DNA of 64,000 nucleotides. It comes from Thermodesulfobacteriota bacterium (GTDB lineage Bacteria > Desulfobacterota_D > UBA1144 > Nemesobacterales > UBA2774). The stretch lies in contig OY729416.1 in the NCBI GenBank assembly GCA_963422265.1, positions 1,088,001-1,152,000 on the forward strand. The letters run 5' to 3'. Every line of letters begins with the position of its first letter. Positions within the stretch are counted from its first letter, which is position 1. Shown one piece after another: positions 1 through 10,235 of this stretch. Under the pieces are notes generated by a model, which worked only from the letters and a program-made list of their open reading frames with translations, had not been told where the DNA came from and searched no databases. A program made the position numbers and the translations under genes.

Positions 1-305
1 TTAATCATTTCTTTCTCTTCATCGGTAAGGGCGTTGACAAAGCTCTTTCTGAGCCATTCCTCAGGAATTTTCATAAATTCCTCTGTATCAATTTTCTCAA
101 TACCATTAAAAAAGTAGCCAAACAAAAGGTCAAACCTGTCAAAGTGGTGCTCGTGTTTAATTAAAGAGAACCGGCTGAGGTAATAGAAATCATTGGTGCT
201 GTATTGGACTACGTCCCTGTCAAGAGCCTCAAGAAAAGTCAGATACTCTTTAATGGTGACCGGTATTCCATCGCTTTTAAGAAGGAGGAAGAAATCTAGG
301 AACAT
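1..305 (-). CDS. VWA domain-containing (CoxE-like) partner of MoxR; N-terminal part, runs off the window
   Basis: Manual translation from ATG 305: MFLDFFLLLKSDGIPVTIKEYLTFLEALDRDVV...DFYYLSRFSLIKHEHHFDRFDLLF...IPEEWL, typical of MoxR-associated VWA proteins; same strand downstream of MoxR. Confidence 0.8.
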   Translation of the reverse strand, partial: MFLDFFLLLKSDGIPVTIKEYLTFLEALDRDVVQYSTNDFYYLSRFSLIKHEHHFDRFDLLFGYFFNGIEKIDTEEFMKIPEEWLRKSFVNALTDEEKEMI

Positions 306-408
306 TTATCTGATAGTATAACCAAAAACGAGATAAGACACGCATCGGACTGGGAAGGTAAAGTAAAATAATGGAGACTGCATCTTTTGATATTTCTTTA
401 GAAGCTGG

Positions 409-764
409 TCATTTACCGCAGAGTTCCTTTACCTGATTAGAAGTTAGGATTAAAAAAGTATTATCATCGCGATAACGGAGGAGTGTAATTTCGTCTTTTT
501 CTACTCGCTGGTCAGGATAATACCGAGAAAATCAACCTTTTAGTTTGCCCGGTTAGCCGAGACAAACATATCCATCCTTATTAGCACCTTTAATAAATGA
601 TAACTTATACTCTTTGCCATTCAAATCTATAAGAGATATTCATCATGGACTTTAGGAAAATCACCTTGCTGCTTTATTATGATTTCTCTTCTTGACCAAC
701 GATCTTTATCGTCGTTAGATAATGTGCGAATTCTACCTTTTAAGATCATATTTACTTCTCCCAT
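409..764 (-). pseudogene. Degraded hypothetical protein
   Basis: Reads MGEVNMILKGRIRTLSNDDKDRWSRRE..., shifts frame near 630, then LIDLNGKEYKLSFIKGANKDGYVCLG*PGKLKG*FSRYYPDQRVEKDEI...; family not recognised. Confidence 0.35.
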
Positions 765-790
765 CTTTATGATTTGTTTCCTCGTATTAG

Positions 791-1115
791 TCACCTCGTA
801 TCACGCCTACAATAAAACACCCTGCCAAATTCCCTTATATACTCAAAAAGTGGCTTATACCGAATAGAGTTATGCGCTATGACGTCAAACTTGTAGGGAA
901 GGGGCAATTCATCAAGAGCCGTGTCAATTCTTTCTATATGCAGATCGTCTTCAATTCTATACACCTCTATACACCGCGAAATCGACGTCGGAGTTATTTT
1001 TAAATTTGCCGTTTGCGCGAGAGCCGAAGATAACCACCCTCTCAATGCGATTGTCAACCGAGAAAACTCCGTTGATAAGATCGCACCCTCTCTTATTAAG
1101 CCCAATTCCCATCAT
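791..1115 (-). pseudogene. MNT-type nucleotidyltransferase antitoxin, frameshifted
   Basis: From ATG 1115: MMGIGLNKRGCDLINGVFSVDNRIERVVIFGSRANGKFKNNSDVDFAVY (GSRA..DxD motif). C-terminus LDELPLPYKFDV is in another frame because of a 10-bp tandem duplication at 956-975. Confidence 0.8.
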
Positions 1116-1547
1116 TACTTTTCACCTTCAGATGAGAGCTTTCTGTGCAGAGAGGCAAAGGCGCCCTTGTAGCGTTCTTCGAGAACCACAAGGATCTTTT
1201 TGAATTTCTTGAAATCGTAGGTGCGAGAAAGCATGTTGCAACGATCTATCATGTCAATCCACACCTGCCCATCGTCTATAAGACCAGATTTATACGCTTC
1301 CTTGACAACGTTGCGGGGCGTTGAAGGTTTGACGGTCATATCACCATCTTCAAGGTAATCTTTAATAGCTTTCCACGCCCCGGCAAGCCCACACGTGTAC
1401 TGAAAGCGCTGTATAAGCCCCTCTTGCTATAACGCAGAGTATTCCTCAAGCCTTTTTTCTTCAATTGCGGAGCGCGAAGAAGTCCAAAAGTCATATCAAA
1501 CTTACTAAACCGTTGTTTCCCCATCTGATCTCCCCAACCTCACTCAC
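1115..1547 (-). pseudogene. HEPN toxin (HI0074-type nucleotidyltransferase substrate-binding protein), broken
   Basis: Fragments IRW/KQRF, QEGLIQRFQYT, AWKAIKDYLE, PRNVVKEAYKSGLIDDGQVWIDMIDRCNMLSRTYD lie across frames with a stop; RNxxxH motif altered. Confidence 0.8.
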
Positions 1548-1548
1548 C

Positions 1549-2385
1549 CTATCGTGCCCTCCGGTATCGTAAAACCTTCAACAACCCGTGATCCTGCTCA
1601 TTCTTGAGCAACGCGCCAGCGAATGGTGGAAGTTTCTCGGAAAGGTCAATAGAGCCTAGTTCGGATTCCGTAATTTTCCCTACTATAATTAGTTTCAACC
1701 AGTCTATTAACTCGCTTGTAGAAGGCTTCTTTTTGAGTCCGTCTATATCTCTTAGTTCATAAAACATATTCATCGCCCTGTCGAGCAGTCTGTCCTCCAG
1801 CTCAGGATAGTGCACTTTGACTATGGACTTAAGAGTCTCTCTGTCTGGAAAGGCTATGTAATGGAAAAAACATCGCCTCAAAAACGCGTCAGGCAACTCC
1901 TTCTCATTATTGGACGTAATTATAACAAGCGGGCGCTCCTTTGCCTTGACAGTTTTCTGAAGCTCGTAACAATAAAACTCCATCTTATCAAGCTCTAAAA
2001 GAAGGTCGTTAGGAAACTCTATGTCAGCCTTGTCTATCTCGTCAATTAACAAAACAACCTGCTTTTTAGACTCAAAAGCCTCCCATAACTTTCCCCTATT
2101 TATATAATTTGAAATATCGCTCACCCTCTCGTCTCCAAGTTGTGAATCGCGGAGTCTCGAGACGGCGTCATATTCATAAAGTCCCTGCTGAGCAATGGTC
2201 GTGGACTTTATATGCCACGTAATAATCTCCTTGCCGAGGGCGTTCGCAACCTCAAACGCCAGCATCGTCTTACCCGTTCCGGGCTCGCCTTTTATTAGGA
2301 GCGGGCGCTCAAGCGTAATAGAAGCGTTTACGGCAAGATTCAGATCCCTTGTAGAAATATAGCTCTCTGTTCCTTCAAATTTCAT
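1549..2385 (-). CDS. MoxR family AAA+ ATPase
   Basis: GEPGTGKT Walker A, LLIDEIDKAD Walker B, ELPDAFLRRC. Confidence 0.92.
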   Translation of the reverse strand: MKFEGTESYISTRDLNLAVNASITLERPLLIKGEPGTGKTMLAFEVANALGKEIITWHIKSTTIAQQGLYEYDAVSRLRDSQLGDERVSDISNYINRGKLWEAFESKKQVVLLIDEIDKADIEFPNDLLLELDKMEFYCYELQKTVKAKERPLVIITSNNEKELPDAFLRRCFFHYIAFPDRETLKSIVKVHYPELEDRLLDRAMNMFYELRDIDGLKKKPSTSELIDWLKLIIVGKITESELGSIDLSEKLPPFAGALLKNEQDHGLLKVLRYRRAR

Positions 2386-2395
2386 TGAATAAACC

Positions 2396-4261
2396 TCACT
2401 TTTCCGTCACGGGCGGAGTTTCCGTCACGCGCTCAAGGATTTCATACACCCGGCTGACCATAGAACGCGGATCCTCCAAAAAACCTGCCGAAATCAGCGT
2501 GTTATCAAAGATCTGCTCGGCAATCAGCTTGGCTAGATCAGAATCCTCGCCTATTAAGTTCACTAGATTCTTTATAAGCCCATGGCGCGGATTGATCTCT
2601 AAGTTAACGGAGTCTTTAACGTTCATGTCCTGCTTCATTGCCTTCATCATTCGCCGCATAGAAGGGGTCATAAGTTTATCGGCGTTCAAAGCGATTGCAG
2701 GACTATCAACTAACCGTTTGCTCAATCTCACTTCGTTAACGCGCTCACTCAGGGTTTCCTTCATCCATTCACAGAGCATCTTGGCTTCCTTTTCGGAAAT
2801 CGCCGCCTCTTGGGAAGAGACTTCTTTAAGTTCCATATCGGCATTATCAGCCGAAACGAGGTTTTTACCGTCATACTGTGAAAGGCTTGACATAACAAAC
2901 TCGTCAACTGGCTCGTAAAGGTAAAGAACTTCCAGCCCCTGCACCTTAAAAGTCTCGAGATGAGGTCCTGCTTCTAACGTCTCGCGATTAGATGAGTAGA
3001 GGTAGTAAATTTCTTTCTGATCCTCACCCATACGAGACACATAATCGTCTAACGTTGTAAATTGATCTTTCTGGGTTGATGAAGATTCGTAACGGAGGAG
3101 TTTGGCAAGCTGATCGCGGTTCGTAAAATCTGCCGCAACACCCTCTTTAATAAATATTGAGAATCTCTTATAGAATTCTTCATACTTTTCGGCGTCTTTT
3201 TTGGAATCATCGCTAAGGAACTTAATAAACTTGCTTATAATTACCTGCCCTATCTTACTGGTAAGGGCGCTGTCCTGCATAGCCTCACGCGAAATGTTAA
3301 GTGGGAGATCAGCACTGTCAACTACGCCCTTTAGAAAACGCAGCCAGTCTGGCACAAGCCCTTTGGGTTTAGAATCAATCAATATTTTCTTGCAGTATAA
3401 GCTTAATCCCGGATCAATCTTACCAAAGCCGAACCTCTCAGGGTTTTCTTTCGGAACGAATATAAGCGCGTTTATATCAAGGGGAGCTTCAGAGCTGAAA
3501 TGGAGCCTGTAAGTCGGCTCGTCAAAAGCGTCTGACTGAAATTTATAAAACTCCGTATAGTCATCATCCGCAATCTCATTTCTATTCCTCATCCAGATCG
3601 GTTGCACGTTATTAATTTGCTCGCCCTTCAGCTTAATCGGAAACTGAACGAAGCTCGAATAGTGAGTGAGAACGCTCTTTACTCTATCCGAATTTGAAAA
3701 CTCTTTACTCTCTTCTTTCAGGTGAAGGACTATCTTGGTGCCTCGTCTAACGCCCCTAGCGGACGTTATTTCATAGGCACCGGAGCCGTCGCTCTTCCAT
3801 AATAAGCTCTTAGTACCCTTTTTCCAGCTATGCGTATATACCTCAACCGACTTGGCAACCATAAACACGCTATAGAATCCAACCCCAAACTGCCCTATAA
3901 GATTATCATTGACGCCACCGTCTTCTTTTACAGCTTGTAAAAAAGCTTTAGAGCCTGAATGAGCGATTGTCCCAAGATTCTCGATCAGTTCGTCCTTTGT
4001 CATTCCGATCCCATAATCCTCAATAGTAATGGTATTCTCAGAATCATCCACGTGAACGCTGATCTCGAGATCCAGATTGTCATCATATATCTCTTTTTCC
4101 GTCAACTGTAAATATCTCAGCTTCTCAAGAGCGTCCGACGCGTTTGAAATAAGCTCCCTTATAAATACCTCTTTGTCCTTATAGAGAGAGTTTATTACGA
4201 TATCTAGAACCTGCTTGACTTCGGCTTGGAATTCATGCTTCTTCGGAGATTTCTCAGCCAT
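2396..4261 (-). CDS. htpG: Molecular chaperone HtpG (Hsp90)
   Basis: FQAEVKQ, LYKDKEVFIRELISNASDA, IGQFGVGFYS, LPLNISRE, LEINPRH. Confidence 0.97.
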   Translation of the reverse strand: MAEKSPKKHEFQAEVKQVLDIVINSLYKDKEVFIRELISNASDALEKLRYLQLTEKEIYDDNLDLEISVHVDDSENTITIEDYGIGMTKDELIENLGTIAHSGSKAFLQAVKEDGGVNDNLIGQFGVGFYSVFMVAKSVEVYTHSWKKGTKSLLWKSDGSGAYEITSARGVRRGTKIVLHLKEESKEFSNSDRVKSVLTHYSSFVQFPIKLKGEQINNVQPIWMRNRNEIADDDYTEFYKFQSDAFDEPTYRLHFSSEAPLDINALIFVPKENPERFGFGKIDPGLSLYCKKILIDSKPKGLVPDWLRFLKGVVDSADLPLNISREAMQDSALTSKIGQVIISKFIKFLSDDSKKDAEKYEEFYKRFSIFIKEGVAADFTNRDQLAKLLRYESSSTQKDQFTTLDDYVSRMGEDQKEIYYLYSSNRETLEAGPHLETFKVQGLEVLYLYEPVDEFVMSSLSQYDGKNLVSADNADMELKEVSSQEAAISEKEAKMLCEWMKETLSERVNEVRLSKRLVDSPAIALNADKLMTPSMRRMMKAMKQDMNVKDSVNLEINPRHGLIKNLVNLIGEDSDLAKLIAEQIFDNTLISAGFLEDPRSMVSRVYEILERVTETPPVTEK

Positions 4262-4442
4262 TTTGATCTGCTACCTCCCCACTTATTGGTTCTATTTAAC
4301 AGCTAAAGTGATTTACAATAATAGAAAAATATGCACGTAGAGGCAAATTTCAAGTTGCGATTTCCATCTTTACTTGCTTTTCATTGGTATTTCAACAAGA
4401 TTTATAATTATAGATATTTATAAACATTCTTAATTTTATACT

Positions 4443-5627
4443 ATGCCTGACGTAAGCTCGCCTGCAAGGGCAAGGGGTCAATCTATTAGACCAGAACAGC
4501 TATATCTCTTCGGAGAAACATCTGCATACTCTATCGAGACAGAAGGGATAAAATATATTGGCTCTAAACTCAAACTATTGCCCGATATCCTTTCTATAAT
4601 TAGATCCCTTCCTGTAAGACGGGTTCTTGATGGATTTTCAGGCACAACAAGAGTCAGTCAAGCATTTGCCCAGTGTGGCTATGAAGTAATATCTAATGAT
4701 ATTGCCGTTTGGTCAAAAGTATTCGCAGAATGTTATCTAAAGGGAACTATTACAAAACAACTTGAAGATAAAATAAAATATCTCAATGCCGTAGAACCTA
4801 AAGATGGCTGGTTCACATATCACTACGGGGGAGAAGTTAATAATGGAATATCCATCCAATCAGACGGAAGGAAGCGAGTATGGCAAAAGTATAATACAAG
4901 AAAGTTGGATGCGATAAGATCAGAGATAGATAAAATAGCAGACGATTCTATAGAAAACTCAGTTCTATTGACCAGCTTGATATTAGCATTAGATAAGGCA
5001 GATAATACATTAGGACATTATGCTTATTATCTTAGGGAGTGGTCTCCACGTTCATTTAAAAGCTTAAGACTCTTGTCACCTCGTACTCAAGGTTTAACCG
5101 AAATCTCTGACCGTCATCGAATTACAAATACGGACGTTTTTAATATACTACCTGAGGTAAAAGCAGATTTATCTTATTTCGATCCACCCTATGGTTCCAA
5201 TAATGAGAAAATGCCACCGTCTCGCGTCCGCTATGCCTCTTATTACCATATTTGGAAGACAATATGCTTAAATGATGAACCGGATATAGCAGGAGTTGCA
5301 AACCGCAGAGCAGATTACAATGACAGAGATGCGGGTTCAGTTTTTGAAGAGTTCCGTAAGAATAAAGAAGGAAGATTTATTGCCTTAGAAGCTATTGAAC
5401 AGCTTTTATCAGAATGCACTTCTCCTTACATTTTACTTTCCTACAGCAATGGAGGGAGAGCAACTAAAGAAGAGATCGGAGAAATTATTAGTCGTCTATG
5501 TAAAAACGTCAATGTATTTTCTATGGATTATCAACGCAGCGTTATGTCAGGTATGCGCTGGACTTATGATTGGGTTAGTCAACGAGAAGACAACAATATG
5601 GAGTTCTTGTTTTTAATTGAGAAATGA
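4443..5627 (+). CDS. Orphan DNA adenine methyltransferase (D12/FokI-like class)
   Basis: KYIGSK, LDGFSGT (motif I), YFDPPY (motif IV), LSYS. Confidence 0.85.
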   Translation: MPDVSSPARARGQSIRPEQLYLFGETSAYSIETEGIKYIGSKLKLLPDILSIIRSLPVRRVLDGFSGTTRVSQAFAQCGYEVISNDIAVWSKVFAECYLKGTITKQLEDKIKYLNAVEPKDGWFTYHYGGEVNNGISIQSDGRKRVWQKYNTRKLDAIRSEIDKIADDSIENSVLLTSLILALDKADNTLGHYAYYLREWSPRSFKSLRLLSPRTQGLTEISDRHRITNTDVFNILPEVKADLSYFDPPYGSNNEKMPPSRVRYASYYHIWKTICLNDEPDIAGVANRRADYNDRDAGSVFEEFRKNKEGRFIALEAIEQLLSECTSPYILLSYSNGGRATKEEIGEIISRLCKNVNVFSMDYQRSVMSGMRWTYDWVSQREDNNMEFLFLIEK

Positions 5628-7066
5628 TGAGAAAGCAAAATAAAAAACATATTACAAACACAATGAAAAAACCAAAAATAGCCCCAGAATACGCTTGCCA
5701 AGAGTGTGGTAATTTGTCTCCCCGTTGGCTTGGGAAATGTCCAGAATGCGCAGGGTGGAATACTTACGTGGAAGAAAGTAGCACCCCACGACGCGGTAAT
5801 ATGGGAATGACCGCTAAAAAAGACAGAGCAGGGCTAAGTAAGCCCGTCCCCGTAACTCAAATCCAAAGCGAGAGAGAAAAGAGAATAACCACCGATAATA
5901 AAGAGCTAGACAGAGTGCTAGGTGGAGGCTTGGTCCCAGGCTCGGTAATACTCGTAGGTGGAGACCCCGGTATAGGCAAATCCACCATCACGCTCCAAAT
6001 GCTGAATAAAATTAGTTCAGGGGCGCAGAAGAGGGAAGTTAAAGATAGCTTTGACCTTCTATATGTAACTGGAGAAGAATCGCCTGAGCAAGTAAAAATC
6101 AGAGCGGAAAGGATAGGCGCACTATCCAATAACATTTATGTGCTAACAGAAACGTCCGTTGAAGATATAGTGCAACAAATAGACAAACTCTCACCTAAAA
6201 TAGCGGTAATAGATTCGATACAGACTATGTTCACGGAAGAATTGTCATCAGCCCCTGGAAGCGTCGGACAAATCAGGGAATGCACGTCAAAGCTGATGAG
6301 CTACGCAAAGTCAAGCGGCACCGCAATGCTTCTTATAGGACACGTAACGAAGGAAGGGGCTATCGCTGGTCCAAAAGCACTCGAGCATCTCGTAGATACG
6401 GTTCTTTATTTTGAGGGAGGAAAGGACCATCCATATAGAATTTTAAGAGCCGTAAAAAACAGATTCGGCTCGACAAACGAGATAGGAGTTTTTGAAATGA
6501 TGGACAGCGGGCTTAGGGAAGTTAAAAATCCATCTGAAATCTTCCTATCTGAACGTCCAGAGCACGCTCCAGGCTCAGTTGTAACGCCAAGCATTGAAGG
6601 GACAAGGACTATACTGGTTGAGATACAAGCTTTGGTCTCTCCTTGCAACTTTGGGGCGCCAAGGAGAACTACAATAGGATTAGACCACAATCGCGTATCG
6701 CTTCTAGTCGCCGTCCTTGAAAAAAGGGCTGGTCTTCAAATTTTGGGACAGGATATTTTCATGAACGTCGCCGGGGGCGTCAAAATAGAAGAACCGTCAG
6801 TGGACCTGGCAATCTCAATGGCACTAGCGTCTAGCTTTCAGGACAAGCAGATAGACCCATACACCATAGTATTAGGAGAGATTGGCCTTGCAGGGGAGAT
6901 AAGAGGGGTTTCACAAATAGAGCTAAGGCTAAAAGAAGCTGAAAAACTGGGCTTTAAGAAATGTGCGCTCCCTCAAATAAACCTTGACAGGCTAAACTCA
7001 TACGACAATTCTATTTCGCTTGTCGGAGTGGATTCTATTGAAAAAGCAATTGAAGCATTGTTCTAA
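5624..7066 (+). CDS. radA: DNA repair protein RadA/Sms (start may be 5663)
   Basis: C4 zinc finger CQECG..CPEC, GGDPGIGKST, KNRFG, Lon-like C-terminus. Confidence 0.97.
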   Translation: MMRKQNKKHITNTMKKPKIAPEYACQECGNLSPRWLGKCPECAGWNTYVEESSTPRRGNMGMTAKKDRAGLSKPVPVTQIQSEREKRITTDNKELDRVLGGGLVPGSVILVGGDPGIGKSTITLQMLNKISSGAQKREVKDSFDLLYVTGEESPEQVKIRAERIGALSNNIYVLTETSVEDIVQQIDKLSPKIAVIDSIQTMFTEELSSAPGSVGQIRECTSKLMSYAKSSGTAMLLIGHVTKEGAIAGPKALEHLVDTVLYFEGGKDHPYRILRAVKNRFGSTNEIGVFEMMDSGLREVKNPSEIFLSERPEHAPGSVVTPSIEGTRTILVEIQALVSPCNFGAPRRTTIGLDHNRVSLLVAVLEKRAGLQILGQDIFMNVAGGVKIEEPSVDLAISMALASSFQDKQIDPYTIVLGEIGLAGEIRGVSQIELRLKEAEKLGFKKCALPQINLDRLNSYDNSISLVGVDSIEKAIEALF

Positions 7067-7096
7067 ATTTAAGAACTCAAATAGCCACTTTGCAAA

Positions 7097-7912
7097 ATGA
7101 CCGAGTATAACAGTAAACCCATAGGAATATTTGACTCTGGAATAGGGGGACTCACCGTTGTAAAGGAGCTAATACGAAGACTTCCCAACGAGAGCATTAT
7201 TTATTTAGGCGACACGGCAAGGGTGCCTTACGGCACTAAATCCAGCAGGACTGTCACAACCTACTCGCACAGTAACGCTAAGTTTCTCGTCTCCAAAGGA
7301 ATAAAGCTTTTAATAGCAGCCTGCAACACGGCCTCCTCCGTGTCCATTCCCAGCCTCAACCGAGACTTAGATATTCCCGTAATCGGAGTAATAGAGCCCG
7401 GCGCTAGGAAAGCAGCAACTGTTACGAAAACCAAAAAAGTGGGTGTTATAGGCACTCCATCAACTATAAATAGCGATGCTTATAAAAGCGCCCTAGAAAG
7501 TATTGCGCCTGGCATAGAAGTTCTTTCCAAAGCCTGCCCTCTATTTGTCGCCCTTGCGGACGAGGGTCGAGTAGAGGGTGAAATATCGGAGCTTATCGCG
7601 GAAGAATATCTAAAAAATCTGAAGCACTCTGGAATAGACGCTTTAGTGCTTGGGTGCACGCACTACCCACTTCTGAAACCGGTAATCAGGAAAATTATGG
7701 GCAAAGATATTATATTAGTCGACTCGGCCGAGGAAACAGCCATTGAAACAAGCAAAGTCTTAAACGAAGGGAACATGCTGAATAATGACCCAAAACAAAC
7801 TCAAAAAAAATACTATCTGACGGACGTATCAGATACGTTCTTATCAGTCGCCGAGAATTTTTTAGGGGAAGAAATAGAAAAGATTGAGATGGTGGACATA
7901 ACTGCTCCATAG
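7097..7912 (+). CDS. murI: Glutamate racemase
   Basis: FDSGIGGLTV, PYGTKS, ACNTAS, LGCTHYP. Confidence 0.97.
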   Translation: MTEYNSKPIGIFDSGIGGLTVVKELIRRLPNESIIYLGDTARVPYGTKSSRTVTTYSHSNAKFLVSKGIKLLIAACNTASSVSIPSLNRDLDIPVIGVIEPGARKAATVTKTKKVGVIGTPSTINSDAYKSALESIAPGIEVLSKACPLFVALADEGRVEGEISELIAEEYLKNLKHSGIDALVLGCTHYPLLKPVIRKIMGKDIILVDSAEETAIETSKVLNEGNMLNNDPKQTQKKYYLTDVSDTFLSVAENFLGEEIEKIEMVDITAP

Positions 7913-7925
7913 TTATATAGAAAAG

Positions 7926-8321
7926 CTAAACCCTCTCCAGGTCCTCCTGACACGAAAGGCACAGCTTAGTAAAGGGCATTACGATTAGTCGTTCTTTATC
8001 TATACCTTCGTCACAGGAGCCGCATATACCATAAGTGCCTAACTCTATACGCTTAAGTGCATCGTCCACGTGAGCGAGTTTTTCCCTTTCTCTATCTGCT
8101 AGCATAAGAGCAAGTTCTCTGTCTCTCTCGTTCGAGGCATGATCGTAAAAATCACCTATGTCGTGCTTTAGGTGATCCGATTCAGCCTTCATTGACTCGG
8201 CGACTTCCTGCAACAGTTCTGTTCTCATTGCCAAAAGAGCCTGCTTGATCTCTTCTCGCCAATCATGCTTTTTTCTCGACGCCTTTCTTTTAGCTTTGGA
8301 TGGCTTTTTGATTTCCGTCAT
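7926..8321 (-). CDS. dksA: TraR/DksA C4 zinc-finger transcription factor
   Basis: GTYGICGSC...CLSCQE and a DFYDHA coiled-coil tip. Start placed at ATG 8321 because the ORF's TTG at 8420 is part of a TTGACA -35 box. Confidence 0.8.
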   Translation of the reverse strand: MTEIKKPSKAKRKASRKKHDWREEIKQALLAMRTELLQEVAESMKAESDHLKHDIGDFYDHASNERDRELALMLADREREKLAHVDDALKRIELGTYGICGSCDEGIDKERLIVMPFTKLCLSCQEDLERV

Positions 8322-8392
8322 TTTATAGTTATCTTTCTGCTTAGCTGTTCTTGTTAATTTTCTGTTTATGTTCTTAATTTGGAAGGCACGGT

Positions 8393-8420
8393 AGGATAAG
8401 CACACTAAACCATTTGTCAA
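8393..8420 (-). promoter_or_regulatory. Putative sigma70 promoter of the dksA-like gene
   Basis: TTGACA-16 nt-TATCCT on the minus strand. Confidence 0.5.
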
Positions 8421-8531
8421 GAATTCTTGCTAGAATTCGGGAGCGCTATTCAAGCATCGCGCAAAGAAGTCTCGGCGGCCATAGCTCTAATTGCATAACA
8501 ATTAAAACGTCAAGTTAGGATAGTTAATTAA

Positions 8532-10085
8532 ATGAGCGACACCTCGCCAATACGTAGGGATTTATGGGTAACAAGGTCAGGTCTAATACTCGCAATGGCG
8601 GGCAACGCGGTTGGGCTTGGGAACTTCCTGCGATTTCCCGTTCAGGCTGCCGAGAATGGTGGAGGGGCTTTCATGATTCCCTACTTCATTGCCTTTCTTC
8701 TTATTGGCATACCCCTAATGTGGACAGAGTGGGCTATAGGCAGATACGGAGGCGCCCAGGGTCGTGGCACTACGCCGGCGGTCTTTGGTTTACTATGGAA
8801 CAACGCTTTTTCACGAGTAATCGGCGTATTCGGTCTTTGGATTCCCCTAGTAGTGGCAATTTATTACATATATTTAGAGTCATGGACCCTGGGCTACTCA
8901 ATCCATTTTATTACAGGCACCAGTCCTCAATTAGACGTTGGGGGAAGCGGCACAAAAGATTACGTTCAGCCATTTAGCGACTTTCTGGGAACTTACATAG
9001 GTGCGGGAGGAGGGAATCTGTTTAGCCCTTCCGTTATGGCGTACTGCGCCTTTATAGCAACTTTAGCTATAAACTTCGTTATCCTGTTAAGAGGAATATC
9101 AAAGGGAGTTGAAATTTTCGCCAAATTCGCTCTGCCTGCTTTATTCATAATGGCAATTGTTATTCTTGTCCGCGTTCTGACGCTAAAGACGCCTAACGGA
9201 AGTGCGATTGAAGGATTGAATTTTCTATGGAATCCCGATTTCAGCGCCTTAAGGAATCCCGGAGTATGGGTCGCCGCCGCGGGACAGATCTTCTTTACGC
9301 TTAGCCTAGGCTTTGGAGCCATAATAACTTATGCCTCTTACTTAAGGAGCAAGCAAGACGTAACGCTTAGTGGACTTACTTCCGCTACGATCAACGAGAC
9401 CGCCGAGGTCGTATTAGGCGGATCTATAGCAATACCAGCAGCAGTCGCCTTTTTCGGCGTGGCGGGAGCGGTGTCTATCGCTAAATCGGGAGCTTTTAGT
9501 CTTGGTTTCGTAAGCCTTCCCGCAATATTCGCCAGTATGCCTGCAGGACAGTTTTTGGGGTTTCTTTGGTTCTTCCTTCTTTTCTTTGCGGGTCTTACTT
9601 CTTCCTTAGCGATAATGCAGCCCGTTATTACATTCTTTCAGGACGAGTTCAGCTTGAGCAGGACTAAAGCAGTACTTACCACGATGGGAATAATAATAGT
9701 TAGCGTGCTTATGGTTATTTTTATAAACCAGACGTTAGATGAATGGGATTTCTGGGTGGGAACCATAGGAATTGTAGTGTTTGGGCTTTTGGAGATTATT
9801 ATCTTTATGTGGATTTTCGGTGGGGAAAGGGCATGGAAAGAAATAAACCGAAACGGAATTATAAAAGTACCCAGAATATTCTACTATGTGTTAAGATATA
9901 TTACACCATTGTTTATGCTAGTGCTTTTAGCTTGGTGGGGCGTTAAACACCTCCCAAACGAACTTGAAAAGACCGGCTGGACAATATGGGTTTCAAGAGC
10001 CTATTTAATACTGCTCTTTGCAGTCCTTACCGTTCTCGTATTCATCGCTGAGAAAAGGAGGAAAAGAAAAAATAATGGAACTTGA
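8532..10085 (+). CDS. Sodium-dependent transporter, NSS/LeuT family
   Basis: [47 protein letters not shown]. Confidence 0.93.
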   Translation: MSDTSPIRRDLWVTRSGLILAMAGNAVGLGNFLRFPVQAAENGGGAFMIPYFIAFLLIGIPLMWTEWAIGRYGGAQGRGTTPAVFGLLWNNAFSRVIGVFGLWIPLVVAIYYIYLESWTLGYSIHFITGTSPQLDVGGSGTKDYVQPFSDFLGTYIGAGGGNLFSPSVMAYCAFIATLAINFVILLRGISKGVEIFAKFALPALFIMAIVILVRVLTLKTPNGSAIEGLNFLWNPDFSALRNPGVWVAAAGQIFFTLSLGFGAIITYASYLRSKQDVTLSGLTSATINETAEVVLGGSIAIPAAVAFFGVAGAVSIAKSGAFSLGFVSLPAIFASMPAGQFLGFLWFFLLFFAGLTSSLAIMQPVITFFQDEFSLSRTKAVLTTMGIIIVSVLMVIFINQTLDEWDFWVGTIGIVVFGLLEIIIFMWIFGGERAWKEINRNGIIKVPRIFYYVLRYITPLFMLVLLAWWGVKHLPNELEKTGWTIWVSRAYLILLFAVLTVLVFIAEKRRKRKNNGT

Positions 10086-10215
10086 CGCTCTTATATTTAT
10101 GGTTTGCGCCTGGGGAGCTACATTGGGACTTTTATCCTTCTGCGTAATAACGCTTTTTAGAAACCCACAATCCGCTAAGCATCCATTTGAGAGCAAAAAA
10201 GATGTTCGAGACTAA
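10075..10215 (+). CDS. Small single-TM protein, probable NSS transporter small subunit (MetS-like)
   Basis: AGGAGG upstream, ATG overlapping the transporter end; [28 protein letters not shown]. Confidence 0.6.
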   Translation: MELDALIFMVCAWGATLGLLSFCVITLFRNPQSAKHPFESKKDVRD

Positions 10216-10235
10216 GAAAGCCGTGCTATCATTCT

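Noticed and set aside
2385-3512. Plus-strand ORFs opposite htpG, and similar short ORFs opposite other core genes
   Set aside because: Antisense shadows of confident genes, with no recognisable domains.
8322-8420. N-terminal extension of the DksA-like ORF
   Set aside because: The TTG start coincides with a TTGACA -35 box; ATG 8321 is more plausible.
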